Of a DNA stretch of 43,168 nt, positions 31,984 through 40,308 are shown piece after piece. Position 1 is the first letter of the stretch; each line of letters opens with the position of its first letter. A program made the translations under genes and the position numbers. Source of the DNA: a virus. A model generated the notes under the pieces. That model was not told where the DNA came from. It saw only the letters and a list, made by a program, of their open reading frames with translations, and made no database searches. Location: the IMG/VR virus record IMGVR_UViG_3300025146_000006; one strand, written 5' to 3'.

Positions 31984-32333
31984 CCACCCGCTGCGCCCTC
32001 ATCCTGGCCCTCGCCACCCTCACCGGCTGCGCGGCGCTGACCGATGGGGTCGACTACCGCGTCGAGCAGCGGCACGGGGTGATGATCTACATCGCCCGCT
32101 CCGAGGCGGTCGCCGCGAACCTCTGCGCCCAGCGCGGGGCCTCGGCGCCGCTCCTGACGGCGCAGGCGATGCAGCAAGGGCGGCTCTACGCGCCGACGTC
32201 CTGCGCGAGCCTGCCGTCGGCCCGGACGCCCTGGGTCGTGGTGGAAGAGCGCGACACGATCGCGCTGGCGCACGAGCTGGGTCACGCGCTGAGGGGCGAG
32301 CGCCACTACGGCGACGGCGGGCCGGATCGGTGA
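31980..32333 (+). CDS. Lipoprotein with an HExxH zinc-metallopeptidase motif
   Basis: 117 aa. The lipobox is ATLTGC and the motif is IALAHELGHAL near the C-terminus. There is an ATGA overlap. Confidence 0.55.
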   Translation: MTTRCALILALATLTGCAALTDGVDYRVEQRHGVMIYIARSEAVAANLCAQRGASAPLLTAQAMQQGRLYAPTSCASLPSARTPWVVVEERDTIALAHELGHALRGERHYGDGGPDR

Positions 32334-32539
32334 TCCGCCCCCGCCTCGCCGTCCAGCTCGACGACGACGTGCCGTGCGCCGAGTGCGCGCTCGGCGACGA
32401 GCACCAGCACCGCGCCCGTCGCCGCGCTCGCCAGCGCCGTCTCCGGTTCCCGCTCGGTCGCGCGACCCTCTGCGCGCACTGCGGGGCGCGGCTGCGGTCG
32501 TCGCTCGTCATCCGGCATCGCCGGGGATGCACGATCTGA
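32330..32539 (+). CDS. Zinc-ribbon, Arg-rich small protein
   Basis: 69 aa with CAEC...CAHC. There is a GTGA overlap. Confidence 0.45.
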   Translation: MIRPRLAVQLDDDVPCAECALGDEHQHRARRRARQRRLRFPLGRATLCAHCGARLRSSLVIRHRRGCTI

Positions 32540-32649
32540 TGACGACCTGCGAGACCGTGCCGCTCCTGACCTTCTGGCTCGGCGTCGAGGTGGGCGCCGT
32601 GGTGGCGCTGCTCGGCGTGCTCGCGCTCCGCGTGCTGGGGAGGGGCTGA
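32539..32649 (+). CDS. 36-aa single-TM peptide
   Basis: MTTCETVPLLTFWLGVEVGAVVALLGVLALRVLGRG. The stop-start overlap at each end is a single shared A (TGATG: 32537-32541 and 32647-32651). An alternative ATG lies at 32527. Confidence 0.4.
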   Translation: MTTCETVPLLTFWLGVEVGAVVALLGVLALRVLGRG

Positions 32650-32732
32650 TGCGCTGGCTCCTGCTCTGGCCTCTCCTGGCCGTACTGACCGCGTGGGTTT
32701 TCGGCCGCGTGGTGAAGGAGATGGACCGATGA
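32649..32732 (+). CDS. 27-aa single-TM peptide
   Basis: MRWLLLWPLLAVLTAWVFGRVVKEMDR. The overlap at its start is a single shared A (TGATG at 32647-32651), and its stop overlaps the next ATG by 4 nt (ATGA). Confidence 0.35.
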   Translation: MRWLLLWPLLAVLTAWVFGRVVKEMDR

Positions 32733-32932
32733 GCATCGATCGCGCTCTCCGGGAAGCGGTCGAGCACTTCCCGAATTGCCGTATCGCCAACTGCTCGTGC
32801 GACAGCAAGGCCGGCAAATGGCAGAAGGGCTGCTGCTGCTTTTGTCACTTCGCCGCGATGGACGCGCTGCGCGGCAAGGACAAGTGGTCGCTCGTAGACT
32901 TCGATCGGCAAGCCAAGAAAGGGCTGGCATGA
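32729..32932 (+). CDS. Cys-rich small protein
   Basis: 67 aa: ...FPNCRIANCSCDSKAGKWQKGCCCFCHF... Confidence 0.5.
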   Translation: MSIDRALREAVEHFPNCRIANCSCDSKAGKWQKGCCCFCHFAAMDALRGKDKWSLVDFDRQAKKGLA

Positions 32933-33075
32933 CCTCGCCGCAATTCCGCGGCGGGCGGAACGCGGCGCGGGACCCTCAGTCACCCCGCGTCGCGCTCCGG
33001 GACTCCCTGCTGGCCGCGCTTCTGGCCCTGGCGTGCGTGGGGGCGTATGGCGCGCTGGCCCTGGTGGCGGAATGA
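32929..33075 (+). CDS. 48-aa C-terminally TM-anchored peptide
   Basis: ...LLAALLALACVGAYGALALVAE. Confidence 0.4.
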   Translation: MTSPQFRGGRNAARDPQSPRVALRDSLLAALLALACVGAYGALALVAE

Positions 33076-33254
33076 ACGCGGAGAGACGACAGGGATTTAA
33101 AAGCGATGTCGGGGCTCTCGTGCATGCGCTTGATCAGATCGAGTACGCATCAAGCGGCGGGCACTTTACGCAACGCACAGAGGACGTGCTGATGGTGATT
33201 CGAATACTTCTGCGACGAGTCATGCTGATAGAGCGGCGGCGATCGGCGCGATGA
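33072..33254 (+). CDS. Small hypothetical protein with lower GC
   Basis: 60 aa with ATGA overlaps at both ends. Confidence 0.45.
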   Translation: MNAERRQGFKSDVGALVHALDQIEYASSGGHFTQRTEDVLMVIRILLRRVMLIERRRSAR

Positions 33255-33448
33255 CCGCCTGCCGCTCCCAGGCCGCGCCGCCCCTGCCCCGCGAGATCCG
33301 CGAGTCCCTGTTCGTCACGGTCCGCCCGGACGGGAGCGCGCTCGTGCTCCTGGGAGAGCAGACCGTCACCTGCCCGGACTGCCGGCGCGCCGCGGCCATG
33401 GTGATCGTGCGCGGGACGCGGTATCGCTGCGTGGACTGCGACGGATGA
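33251..33448 (+). CDS. Zinc-ribbon small protein
   Basis: 65 aa with CPDC...CVDC. Confidence 0.5.
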   Translation: MTACRSQAAPPLPREIRESLFVTVRPDGSALVLLGEQTVTCPDCRRAAAMVIVRGTRYRCVDCDG

Positions 33449-33494
33449 CGTGCGCTGCACGTCCTACTGCTTCGAGATGTGCGACGGACGCTGC

Positions 33495-34088
33495 ATGAGC
33501 GCGAAACGGTATCGGACCATCGTGGCGGACCCGCCGTGGCCGTATGACGCGACGGACGGCGGGACGTTGCGCGCGAGCGCGACGCACCGGCCAAACAGTT
33601 TTCGGAGCCCCTTTAATGGGGTAGGGATCGCTGGGCGCTATCAGCCGATGTCCATCGCGGACCTCTGCTCTCTGGCCATCGCGGACTTGTCGGAGCCGCA
33701 TGCCCACCTCTACCTGTGGGCGACCAACGCCTTCATGTACGAGGCCCACGATGTCGCGCGGGCATGGGGATTCACGCCAAAGACGATCTGCACATGGGGC
33801 AAGATCACACCAGCTGGCCGACCGTCGATGAAAACCGGATACTGGTTCCGTGGCGCGACTGAGCATTGGCTGTTCTGCGTGCGCGGGTCACTTCGTCTCA
33901 CGACGATGGCACCGCAGCCGACGCTGTGGCTGTGGCCGCGGACGCCGCATTCCGTGAAGCCCGACGCGTTCTACGACCTCGTGGAGCGTGTCTCTCCGGC
34001 CCCGCGACTCGAGCTTTTCGCCCGCTCCCAGCGGCTCGGCTGGGACACCTGGGGCGACGAGGCGCTGAACCATGTGACGCTCCCATGA
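33495..34088 (+). CDS. MT-A70 family N6-adenine DNA methyltransferase (orphan)
   Basis: About 197 aa. It contains RTIVADPPWPY, LYLWATN and ...WGKITPAGRP.... An alternative GTG start lies at 33450. Confidence 0.8.
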   Translation: MSAKRYRTIVADPPWPYDATDGGTLRASATHRPNSFRSPFNGVGIAGRYQPMSIADLCSLAIADLSEPHAHLYLWATNAFMYEAHDVARAWGFTPKTICTWGKITPAGRPSMKTGYWFRGATEHWLFCVRGSLRLTTMAPQPTLWLWPRTPHSVKPDAFYDLVERVSPAPRLELFARSQRLGWDTWGDEALNHVTLP

Positions 34089-34255
34089 CCGACGTGACGA
34101 TCCGCGTCGTGGAGGCGACGCTCGCGGAGCAGGAGCTGCTCGACGTGATCGGCGAGTTGCGGCGCGGCCGATACACGCAGGCGTGGCATGAGGAGTTTGC
34201 GGAGAGGCTGGAGATCGTGCTGAAGCGCGTGCGGGCGATCGGAGGCGCGGAATGA
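34085..34255 (+). CDS. Small hypothetical protein
   Basis: 56 aa with ATGA overlaps. Confidence 0.45.
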   Translation: MTDVTIRVVEATLAEQELLDVIGELRRGRYTQAWHEEFAERLEIVLKRVRAIGGAE

Positions 34256-34521
34256 GCAAGCAGCGTGTGCTGAACCTGTTCCACGCGGAAGTCGCCAGCC
34301 CCGACTGTCGAGTATTCCCGGATCGCGTCGTGCTGACTCTGCGCGGCAACCCGAAAGAGGACACCTGCACACAGATCGTCCATCTCCACATTCGTTGGGA
34401 GTCGCTCCCGTGGGTGATGCGGAAGCTCTGGGTCGCCTGGTGGCGTCACCGGACCGAGGTGGTGAGACGGCTCGACTGGATCGAGAGTGAACTCAAGGGG
34501 AGTGGAGTCCAGCGGCCATGA
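34252..34521 (+). CDS. Small hypothetical protein
   Basis: 89 aa, Trp-rich toward the C-terminus. Confidence 0.5.
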   Translation: MSKQRVLNLFHAEVASPDCRVFPDRVVLTLRGNPKEDTCTQIVHLHIRWESLPWVMRKLWVAWWRHRTEVVRRLDWIESELKGSGVQRP

Positions 34522-34733
34522 ACCTCCGCGAGCAGCTCGAGGCTCGTTTGGCCCAGGTCCACGACCCGCCCGTCCTCGCGCTGGCCTACCTGCGCCTGGC
34601 GCGCTCGTGGATCTGCGTGCAGTGCGAGGCGATCTTCACCGACGACTACCGGACCTGCCCGGCCTGCACGAGCGCGCAGACCATGCCGCTCGCGCGCTGG
34701 CTGGGGACGGTCGAGACGAAAGGAGTGGCGTGA
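34518..34733 (+). CDS. Zinc-ribbon small protein
   Basis: 71 aa with CVQC...CPAC. Confidence 0.5.
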   Translation: MNLREQLEARLAQVHDPPVLALAYLRLARSWICVQCEAIFTDDYRTCPACTSAQTMPLARWLGTVETKGVA

Positions 34734-35668
34734 TGATCGACACCCCCGGCATCTATCAGATCAGTGCGGCTGACTATCATGCTGACCCCGCGCCAACCCC
34801 GTCCCTCTCGTCGTCGATCGCGCGCGACCTCCTGAGCTACTCGGCGCAGCATGCCTGGTGGGCGCATCCGCGGCTCAACCCCGCCTACGAGCACGAGGAC
34901 AGCGAGCGCTTCGATCTGGGCCGCGCCGCGCACGCCTATCTTCTGGAGGGCGAGTCCGGCTTCGCGATCATCGAGGCCGCGGATTGGAGAACCAAGGCGG
35001 CCAAGGAAGCACGCGATGCCGCGCGCGCCGCAGGCAAGATTCCGCTCCTCGCCGATCGCTGGGGCGACGTCCAGGGGATGGCCCTCGCGGCGCAGCGCCA
35101 GCTCGACGCGCACGACGACACGCCGCGCCCACTGGCCGGGGGGAAGCCGGAGCAGACGCTCATCTGGCAGGAGGACGGCCTCTGGTGCCGGGCGCGGCTC
35201 GACTGGCTGCACGATGGCCTGCGCGTGATCGACGACTACAAGACCACCGAGGCGAGCGCGAATCCGGACGTCTTCGCGCGGACGCTCTTCACGATGGGCT
35301 ACGACGTCCAGTGCGCGTTCTACCTGCGCGGGCTGCGGGCGCTGCGGGGCATCGCCAACCTCACGTTCCGTTTCATCGTCCAGGAGAGCTTCGCGCCCTA
35401 CGCGCTCTCGGTCATCGGGCTCTGTCCCGAGGCGCAGGAGATCGGCCAGCGCAAGGTCGAGTACGCGCTCCGGCTCTGGCGCGACTGCGTCGCGCGCAAC
35501 GTGTGGCCGGGCTATCCGACGGCGACATGCTACGCGGACGTGCCGCCGTGGGAAGCGGCGCGCTGGCTCGAGCGCGAGATGCGGGAGACCTATCAGCCGC
35601 CGCCAGGGGCGTCCGCCATCGACGACGGTAGCCCGCTCGCTGATCAACTGTTCGGGAAGGAGCGATAG
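34733..35668 (+). CDS. PD-(D/E)XK exonuclease (RecE / exodeoxyribonuclease VIII-like)
   Basis: 311 aa. It contains ISAADYHADPAPTPSLSSS, VIDDYKTT and FIVQES. Confidence 0.7.
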   Translation: MIDTPGIYQISAADYHADPAPTPSLSSSIARDLLSYSAQHAWWAHPRLNPAYEHEDSERFDLGRAAHAYLLEGESGFAIIEAADWRTKAAKEARDAARAAGKIPLLADRWGDVQGMALAAQRQLDAHDDTPRPLAGGKPEQTLIWQEDGLWCRARLDWLHDGLRVIDDYKTTEASANPDVFARTLFTMGYDVQCAFYLRGLRALRGIANLTFRFIVQESFAPYALSVIGLCPEAQEIGQRKVEYALRLWRDCVARNVWPGYPTATCYADVPPWEAARWLEREMRETYQPPPGASAIDDGSPLADQLFGKER

Positions 35669-36979
35669 ATGAAGATCCTGAAACTCACCGCGGAGAACGT
35701 GAAGAAGCTGCGCGCCGTGGAGATCACGCCGACCGGCGAACTCGTTGAAATCACGGGGCGCAACGGCGCGGGAAAGTCTTCCGTCCTGGATGCGATCTGG
35801 TGGGCACTCGCCGGCACGAAGCATATCCAGGCCGTGCCGATCCGGAAGGGCGCCACGAAGGCCAGAATCCGGCTCGACCTGGGCGAGCTGATCGTGGAAC
35901 GGCGCTTCACGCCGGCGGGCTCGACGCTGACGGTCGAGAAGGCGGACGGCGCGCGCTACACGTCGCCCCAGGGGATCCTCGATGCGTTGCTGGGCGCCCT
36001 GACGTTCGACCCGTTGGCCTTCGTCAGCCAGGAGCCGCGCGAGCAATTCGAGACGCTCCGCCGGCTGGTGACGCTTGAGGTCGATGTCGACCAGCTCGAC
36101 GCGCTCAACCGCGGGGACTTCGATCGGCGGGCGGACCTCAACCGTGAGATCAAGACGCTGCGCGCCCAGGCCGACGGGATCGTGGTCCCGCCCGGCGTGC
36201 CGCAGGAGCCGATCGACACCGCGGCGCTCATGGACCGGATCGCCGACGCGGCGAAGGTGAACGCCGACATCGAGACGCGGCGCGGTCGGCGCGAGCAGGC
36301 GGACCAGGAGCGGCACGATCTGGGACGCCGTGCTGCGGCCCATCGCGCCCGGGCCGTCAGCCTGCGTGCGGAGGCCGACGCCGTCGACGCCCAGGCGGCG
36401 GACCTGGAGCGGCTGGCCGCAGACCTCACACGGAAGCTCGCCACCGCCGAGCCCCTGCCCGCGCCCGTCGACGTCGACGGCATCCGCGCCGAGCTGACCA
36501 TCGCCCAGGCGACGAATCGTCACGTCGAGGCGCGGACCCGACGCGAGCAGCTCCTTGCCGACGTCGCCCGCCGCGCGACCCAGGCCGGGGAGCTGACGGA
36601 GACGATGGCCGCCCGAAGCCGGGCGAAGGCGGACGCGATCACGACGGCCGCCATGCCGGTCCCCGGGCTCGGGTTCGGCGAGGGCAGCGTCACCTTCGAC
36701 GGCGTGCCCTTCGACCAGGCCGAAACCTCCGCGCAGATCCGCGTGGGCGTCGCGATCGCGATGGCGGCCAACCCGAAGCTCCGCGTGATCCGGATCAAGG
36801 AGGGCTCCTTCCTCGATCCGGACAATCTCGCCCTGATCGCGGAGATGGCGCGCGCGCACGACTATCAGGTGTGGCTGGAGCGCGTCGACACCTCCGGCAA
36901 GGTGGGCGTCGTCATCGACGACGGCCAGGTCGTCGCGGTCAACGGCGAGCCCGTCGCGACCGACGGAGGCGACGCATGA
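35669..36979 (+). CDS. SMC/SbcC/Rad50-like AAA ATPase with a central coiled coil
   Basis: 436 aa. The N-terminal Walker A is ITGRNGAGKSSVLDAI. A long Ala/Arg/Glu-rich coiled coil follows. The C-terminal Walker B-like motif is LRVIRIKEGSFLDPDN. Confidence 0.7.
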   Translation: MKILKLTAENVKKLRAVEITPTGELVEITGRNGAGKSSVLDAIWWALAGTKHIQAVPIRKGATKARIRLDLGELIVERRFTPAGSTLTVEKADGARYTSPQGILDALLGALTFDPLAFVSQEPREQFETLRRLVTLEVDVDQLDALNRGDFDRRADLNREIKTLRAQADGIVVPPGVPQEPIDTAALMDRIADAAKVNADIETRRGRREQADQERHDLGRRAAAHRARAVSLRAEADAVDAQAADLERLAADLTRKLATAEPLPAPVDVDGIRAELTIAQATNRHVEARTRREQLLADVARRATQAGELTETMAARSRAKADAITTAAMPVPGLGFGEGSVTFDGVPFDQAETSAQIRVGVAIAMAANPKLRVIRIKEGSFLDPDNLALIAEMARAHDYQVWLERVDTSGKVGVVIDDGQVVAVNGEPVATDGGDA

Positions 36980-37956
36980 GCCACACCTTCCGCCCGGCTG
37001 TCCGCCAGAACACTCCGCTGATCATCGGGCTCGCCGGTCCGACAAAATCCGGGAAAACCATGAGCGCCCACCGGCTCGCGCTCGGCCTCGCCCAGGGCGG
37101 CACGGTCGCCATGATCAACGCCGAGGGGCCGCGCGGCCATCAGTACGCCGATACATTCACGTACGTGGCCTGTGACTTAGCGGCCCCGTTTCGCCCCGCT
37201 GCCTACACCGAGGCGCTGGAAGAGGCCGCGAAGATCAGGCCGGCGACCCTGATCATCGATAGCGCCTCGCACATGCACGATGGTCCGGGCGGGATCCTCG
37301 AGTGGCATGACGAGATCGCGCGTCGAATGGCGAAGGGGGACGAGGCTCGGCTGGAGAAGATGAACGCCCCAGCCTGGGTCGAGCCGAAGGCGGCGGAGAA
37401 CCATTTCGTGTACCAGATGCTCTCGATGCAGTGTCCGGTCATCCTCTGCTTCCGCGCGAAAGAAAAGATCAAGATCACGCCCGCGGGCAAATGGATCGAT
37501 CTCGGCTGGCAGCCCATCGCGGGCGAGCGCGTCGCGTTCGAGACGCTGTTCACGCTGATGTTGCCGCCGCACTCGAAAGGCACGCCGGATCTCTCGATCT
37601 CGGACATGCGCGAGCCGTTCGACGCGATGGTCCCCCAGGACCGGCCGATCGACGAGGACCTGGGCCGACAGCTGGCGGCGTGGGCGGCCGGCCAGGCGAC
37701 GCCCACGACGACACCGGCCGCCGGGGCACCGCCCGATCGCCGCGGCGCGGCCCTGGCGATGATCCGCGCCACGCTGGCCGGGCTGGACCCAGACGGTCGC
37801 CGGGCCGTCGCGGAGAAGCTCCTCGGCGTCACCAGCTCGGAGGCGATGGCCAAGCTCCCCGTCGAGACCCTCGAGGGCGCGCTCATCGCGGTCTCGGTGG
37901 GCGGCATCACCAAGCTGGAGGCCGAAGCCATCCGCTGGAAGGAATCGCAGGCGTGA
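36976..37956 (+). CDS. AAA_24 / Sak4-like RecA-fold ATPase
   Basis: 326 aa. Walker A is LIIGLAGPTKSGKTMSA and Walker B is ATLIIDSASHM. Confidence 0.65.
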   Translation: MSHTFRPAVRQNTPLIIGLAGPTKSGKTMSAHRLALGLAQGGTVAMINAEGPRGHQYADTFTYVACDLAAPFRPAAYTEALEEAAKIRPATLIIDSASHMHDGPGGILEWHDEIARRMAKGDEARLEKMNAPAWVEPKAAENHFVYQMLSMQCPVILCFRAKEKIKITPAGKWIDLGWQPIAGERVAFETLFTLMLPPHSKGTPDLSISDMREPFDAMVPQDRPIDEDLGRQLAAWAAGQATPTTTPAAGAPPDRRGAALAMIRATLAGLDPDGRRAVAEKLLGVTSSEAMAKLPVETLEGALIAVSVGGITKLEAEAIRWKESQA

Positions 37957-38115
37957 GGTGCCCCCTCGCCCCCTGCCGGACCGCGTGGCCGACCGTCCCG
38001 GCGCTCGCCATGCACCTGGCCCACAGCCACGCCCTCGCCTACGGCGTGGCCCTCCAGCGCGCGCGGGAAGCCGCCGGAGTGTCCCACCAGCCGCGACCAC
38101 CGAAGGAGGCCGCCG

Positions 38116-38286
38116 ATGGCCCAGGAGCCCGCCCACACGCCGGTCCAGACCATCCTGGTCCTGATCGCCCAGCCCTGGAATCGGTATCTCGTGCGCCCGT
38201 TCCACGTCCGGGCCGATCGGCTCGCCGACCTGGCGGTGATCGTGGCGGCGCTCCGGCAGCGGATCGCGGCGCACGAGCTGAACTGA
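38116..38286 (+). CDS. Small hypothetical protein (56 aa), absent from the supplied ORF track
   Basis: GAAGGAGG lies 6-8 nt upstream of the ATG at 38116. GC3 is very high. The translation opens MAQEPAHTPVQTILVLIAQPWNRYLVRPFHV... Confidence 0.5.
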   Translation: MAQEPAHTPVQTILVLIAQPWNRYLVRPFHVRADRLADLAVIVAALRQRIAAHELN

Positions 38287-38315
38287 CCGAAGCCGCGCAG
38301 GCGAAGGAGACGACC

Positions 38316-38615
38316 ATGGCAAAGACACGCGCGACCGCCAAGTGCAAGACGTGCGGTCAACCGAAGAAAGGGCACCCGCGATCGGGCTGCACCGCGCACC
38401 CGACGCCAGCCATGCCACCTGAAAAGCGCCCGCGAGCCCGGAAGGCGGTGAAGCGCGCGAAGGCCCAGAAGAAAGAGGTAGCCCGACTGCGCATCCCCGA
38501 TGCGGAGAAGGAACGGTTGTACGCCGCCGCCGAGCGCGAGCGGCTGGACTTCTCGTCGTGGGCGCGCCGGGTCCTGCTCCGGGAGGCCGATACCGTACTC
38601 GGGAACACCACATGA
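38316..38615 (+). CDS. Ribbon-helix-helix (CopG/Arc-like) DNA-binding protein with an N-terminal Cys/His knuckle
   Basis: 99 aa with a GAAGGAG RBS. The RHH region is [31 protein letters not shown]. The N-terminus is [17 protein letters not shown]. Confidence 0.65.
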   Translation: MAKTRATAKCKTCGQPKKGHPRSGCTAHPTPAMPPEKRPRARKAVKRAKAQKKEVARLRIPDAEKERLYAAAERERLDFSSWARRVLLREADTVLGNTT

Positions 38616-38659
38616 GCAGCACTGATCTCCGCCCGTCTCCTACCCGTAGTAGTTTACTG

Positions 38660-38689
38660 TTGACGACACACTCGCGGCGGGGGTATAAC
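38660..38689 (+). promoter_or_regulatory. Sigma70-like promoter candidate: TTGACG, 18-nt spacer, TATAAC, ending 9 nt before ATG 38699
   Basis: It lies in a low-GC stretch at the edge of the R-M island. The -10 element lacks the final T, and its layout resembles the element before the HNH gene. Confidence 0.3.
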
Positions 38690-38698
38690 CGCCGCCAG

Positions 38699-39499
38699 AT
38701 GCCGCCTAGCGCCGCGCCGGAGACGCGATCTCGACGGCGGAAGCGCAAGTCGCCGGATGGCGTCGTGACGAGTGACCTGCTCTGCTCCGCCCACACGGGC
38801 ATCAATGAGGAGTTGTTTCCGAGAATCCTGTCGCTCCACGTGCCGTGCGGGTCCGTGATCGCCGACGTGACGTACAGCCTCGGCGTGTTCTGGAAGAAGG
38901 TTTCGGCGTCCTGCTACCGCGTCGTGGCGTCCGACATGAAGCCCATCCATGCGGCACGCCCGCTACAGGCCGACTGCCGCGCGCTGCCCTACCGCGATGC
39001 GGTGCTGGACTGTCTGGTTCTAGACCCCCCGTACATGGAGGGGCTGTTCCGCCGAACCACGAGCCATCTGGCCGGAAATGGGACCTACGCCGCTTTCCGG
39101 TCGGCGTACTCGAATGGTCAGCAGACCCATGCCGGCCCGAAGTATCACGATGCCGTACTGGACCTGTACTTCCGGGCCGGGCGCGAGGCGGCCCGTGTGC
39201 TACGCCCCCACGGTGTCTTAATCGTGAAGTGCCAGGACGAGGTAAGCGCCAACACGCAGCGCCTCACGCACGTCGAGATCATTAACGAGTTCAAGGGCAT
39301 GGGGTTCTTTGCCAAGGATCTGTTCGTGCTCGTCCGCCCCAACCGTCCCGCCGTCAGTCGCCTGCTACGGCAGGTGCACGCGCGAAAAAACCACTCCTAC
39401 TTCCTCGTTTTCGTGAAGACTAACGGCACGAATCCACGCGGGAAGGGACTTCAGAATGGGAGTGCTCGAAGACTGGCAGGTGACGCGTGCCGAACTTAA
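38699..39499 (+). CDS. DPPY-motif DNA methyltransferase (N6-adenine or N4-cytosine), the R-M partner
   Basis: About 266 aa. It contains [13 protein letters not shown] (motif I-like), VASDMKP and [11 protein letters not shown] (motif IV). An alternative ATG at 38612 overlaps the RHH stop, but codons 38612-38698 have poor GC3. Confidence 0.7.
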   Translation: MPPSAAPETRSRRRKRKSPDGVVTSDLLCSAHTGINEELFPRILSLHVPCGSVIADVTYSLGVFWKKVSASCYRVVASDMKPIHAARPLQADCRALPYRDAVLDCLVLDPPYMEGLFRRTTSHLAGNGTYAAFRSAYSNGQQTHAGPKYHDAVLDLYFRAGREAARVLRPHGVLIVKCQDEVSANTQRLTHVEIINEFKGMGFFAKDLFVLVRPNRPAVSRLLRQVHARKNHSYFLVFVKTNGTNPRGKGLQNGSARRLAGDACRT

Positions 39500-40049
39500 T
39501 GAGGTTCTGGCGACGCGCCCTAGTGCGCGTGGATATTTGTTTGGCTTCGTCGCGGAGTACAAGCTGACGAAGATGTTCTTCACCGACCCGCGCATCCAGT
39601 CGCTTCGGCGATATGACGATCATGACCGCACCCGGCCCGGCGACTTCGGATTCATCTACCGGGGGATGCCGGTGAACCTGTCCGTGAAATCGCTGCAAAC
39701 GGCCAAGGTTAAGCTGGTCGCGGACGTCTACCAAGGCTCCTGCCAATGCGACGCGAGCGATCGCAGGAAAGTCACGCTCCCGGATGGCACGGAACTGGTG
39801 ACGACGAATCTCGTCGTCGGTGGCTTCGATCTCCTCGCCGTCAACATCTTCTATTTCGGCGACACGTGGCGGTTCGCCTTCGCCAAGAACGTCGACCTAC
39901 CACGAAGCAGGGGGCGCAAGTACACAGACGACCAGCGGAAGTACCTGCTGGCGACGGGCATCCCGCTCACATGGCCGCTTCAAGCGCCATTCCGCGACGA
40001 GCCATTCTCACTGCTAGACGAGATAGTGGCGCAGCGGGTCGGGACCTAG
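39456..40049 (+). CDS. Putative type II restriction endonuclease (PD-(D/E)XK-like)
   Basis: 197 aa. It overlaps the methylase 3' end by 44 nt and shares the lower-GC island. The candidate core is FVAEYKL...[20 protein letters not shown]. The fold is not proven. Confidence 0.45.
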   Translation: MGVLEDWQVTRAELNEVLATRPSARGYLFGFVAEYKLTKMFFTDPRIQSLRRYDDHDRTRPGDFGFIYRGMPVNLSVKSLQTAKVKLVADVYQGSCQCDASDRRKVTLPDGTELVTTNLVVGGFDLLAVNIFYFGDTWRFAFAKNVDLPRSRGRKYTDDQRKYLLATGIPLTWPLQAPFRDEPFSLLDEIVAQRVGT

Positions 40050-40054
40050 GTCTT

Positions 40055-40225
40055 GTGGGCAACCCGTCCCCCTGGTGCGCCTTGTGCGGCGAGCTGGTCA
40101 CGGAGCCGGTTGTCGTTGCCGGGGCGGTCGCCTACCACGAGTTCTGCTGGTGGCGACGGGCCAGGATCGTGGGAGTGACCGATGAACCCGCGGGACGACT
40201 TTTGAGGCAGCCCGCCGATTTTTGA
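40055..40225 (+). CDS. Small Cys/His protein
   Basis: 56 aa from GTG 40055: ...WCALCGELV...YHEFCWW... Confidence 0.35.
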   Translation: MGNPSPWCALCGELVTEPVVVAGAVAYHEFCWWRRARIVGVTDEPAGRLLRQPADF

Positions 40226-40248
40226 GGCAGGACGGGTTTCTGAGGCAA
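40200..40248 (+). repeat. Three direct T-tract + TGAGGCA(G/A) repeats, candidate operators or iterons
   Basis: TTTTGAGGCAG lies at 40200-40210, TTTTTGAGGCAG at 40219-40230 and TTTCTGAGGCAA at 40237-40248. The core-to-core spacing is 20 and 18 bp. Confidence 0.6.
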
Positions 40249-40265
40249 AGCCCCCGACGCCCACC

Positions 40266-40274
40266 GGGGGGGGG
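40266..40274. repeat. G9 homopolymer tract
   Basis: ccaccGGGGGGGGGcacg, which lies between the repeats and the next gene start. Confidence 0.9.
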
Positions 40275-40308
40275 CACGCGCTCGAAGCCCGCCCGGAAGG
40301 CACCCGCC

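Noticed and set aside
38612-38698. ATG 38612 (ATGA overlap with the RHH stop) as the methyltransferase start.
   Set aside because: Codons 38612-38698 have poor third-position GC (act gat tct cct cgt agt agt tta) and contain the promoter-like TTGACG...TATAAC. ATG 38699 is preferred, but the longer form is not excluded.
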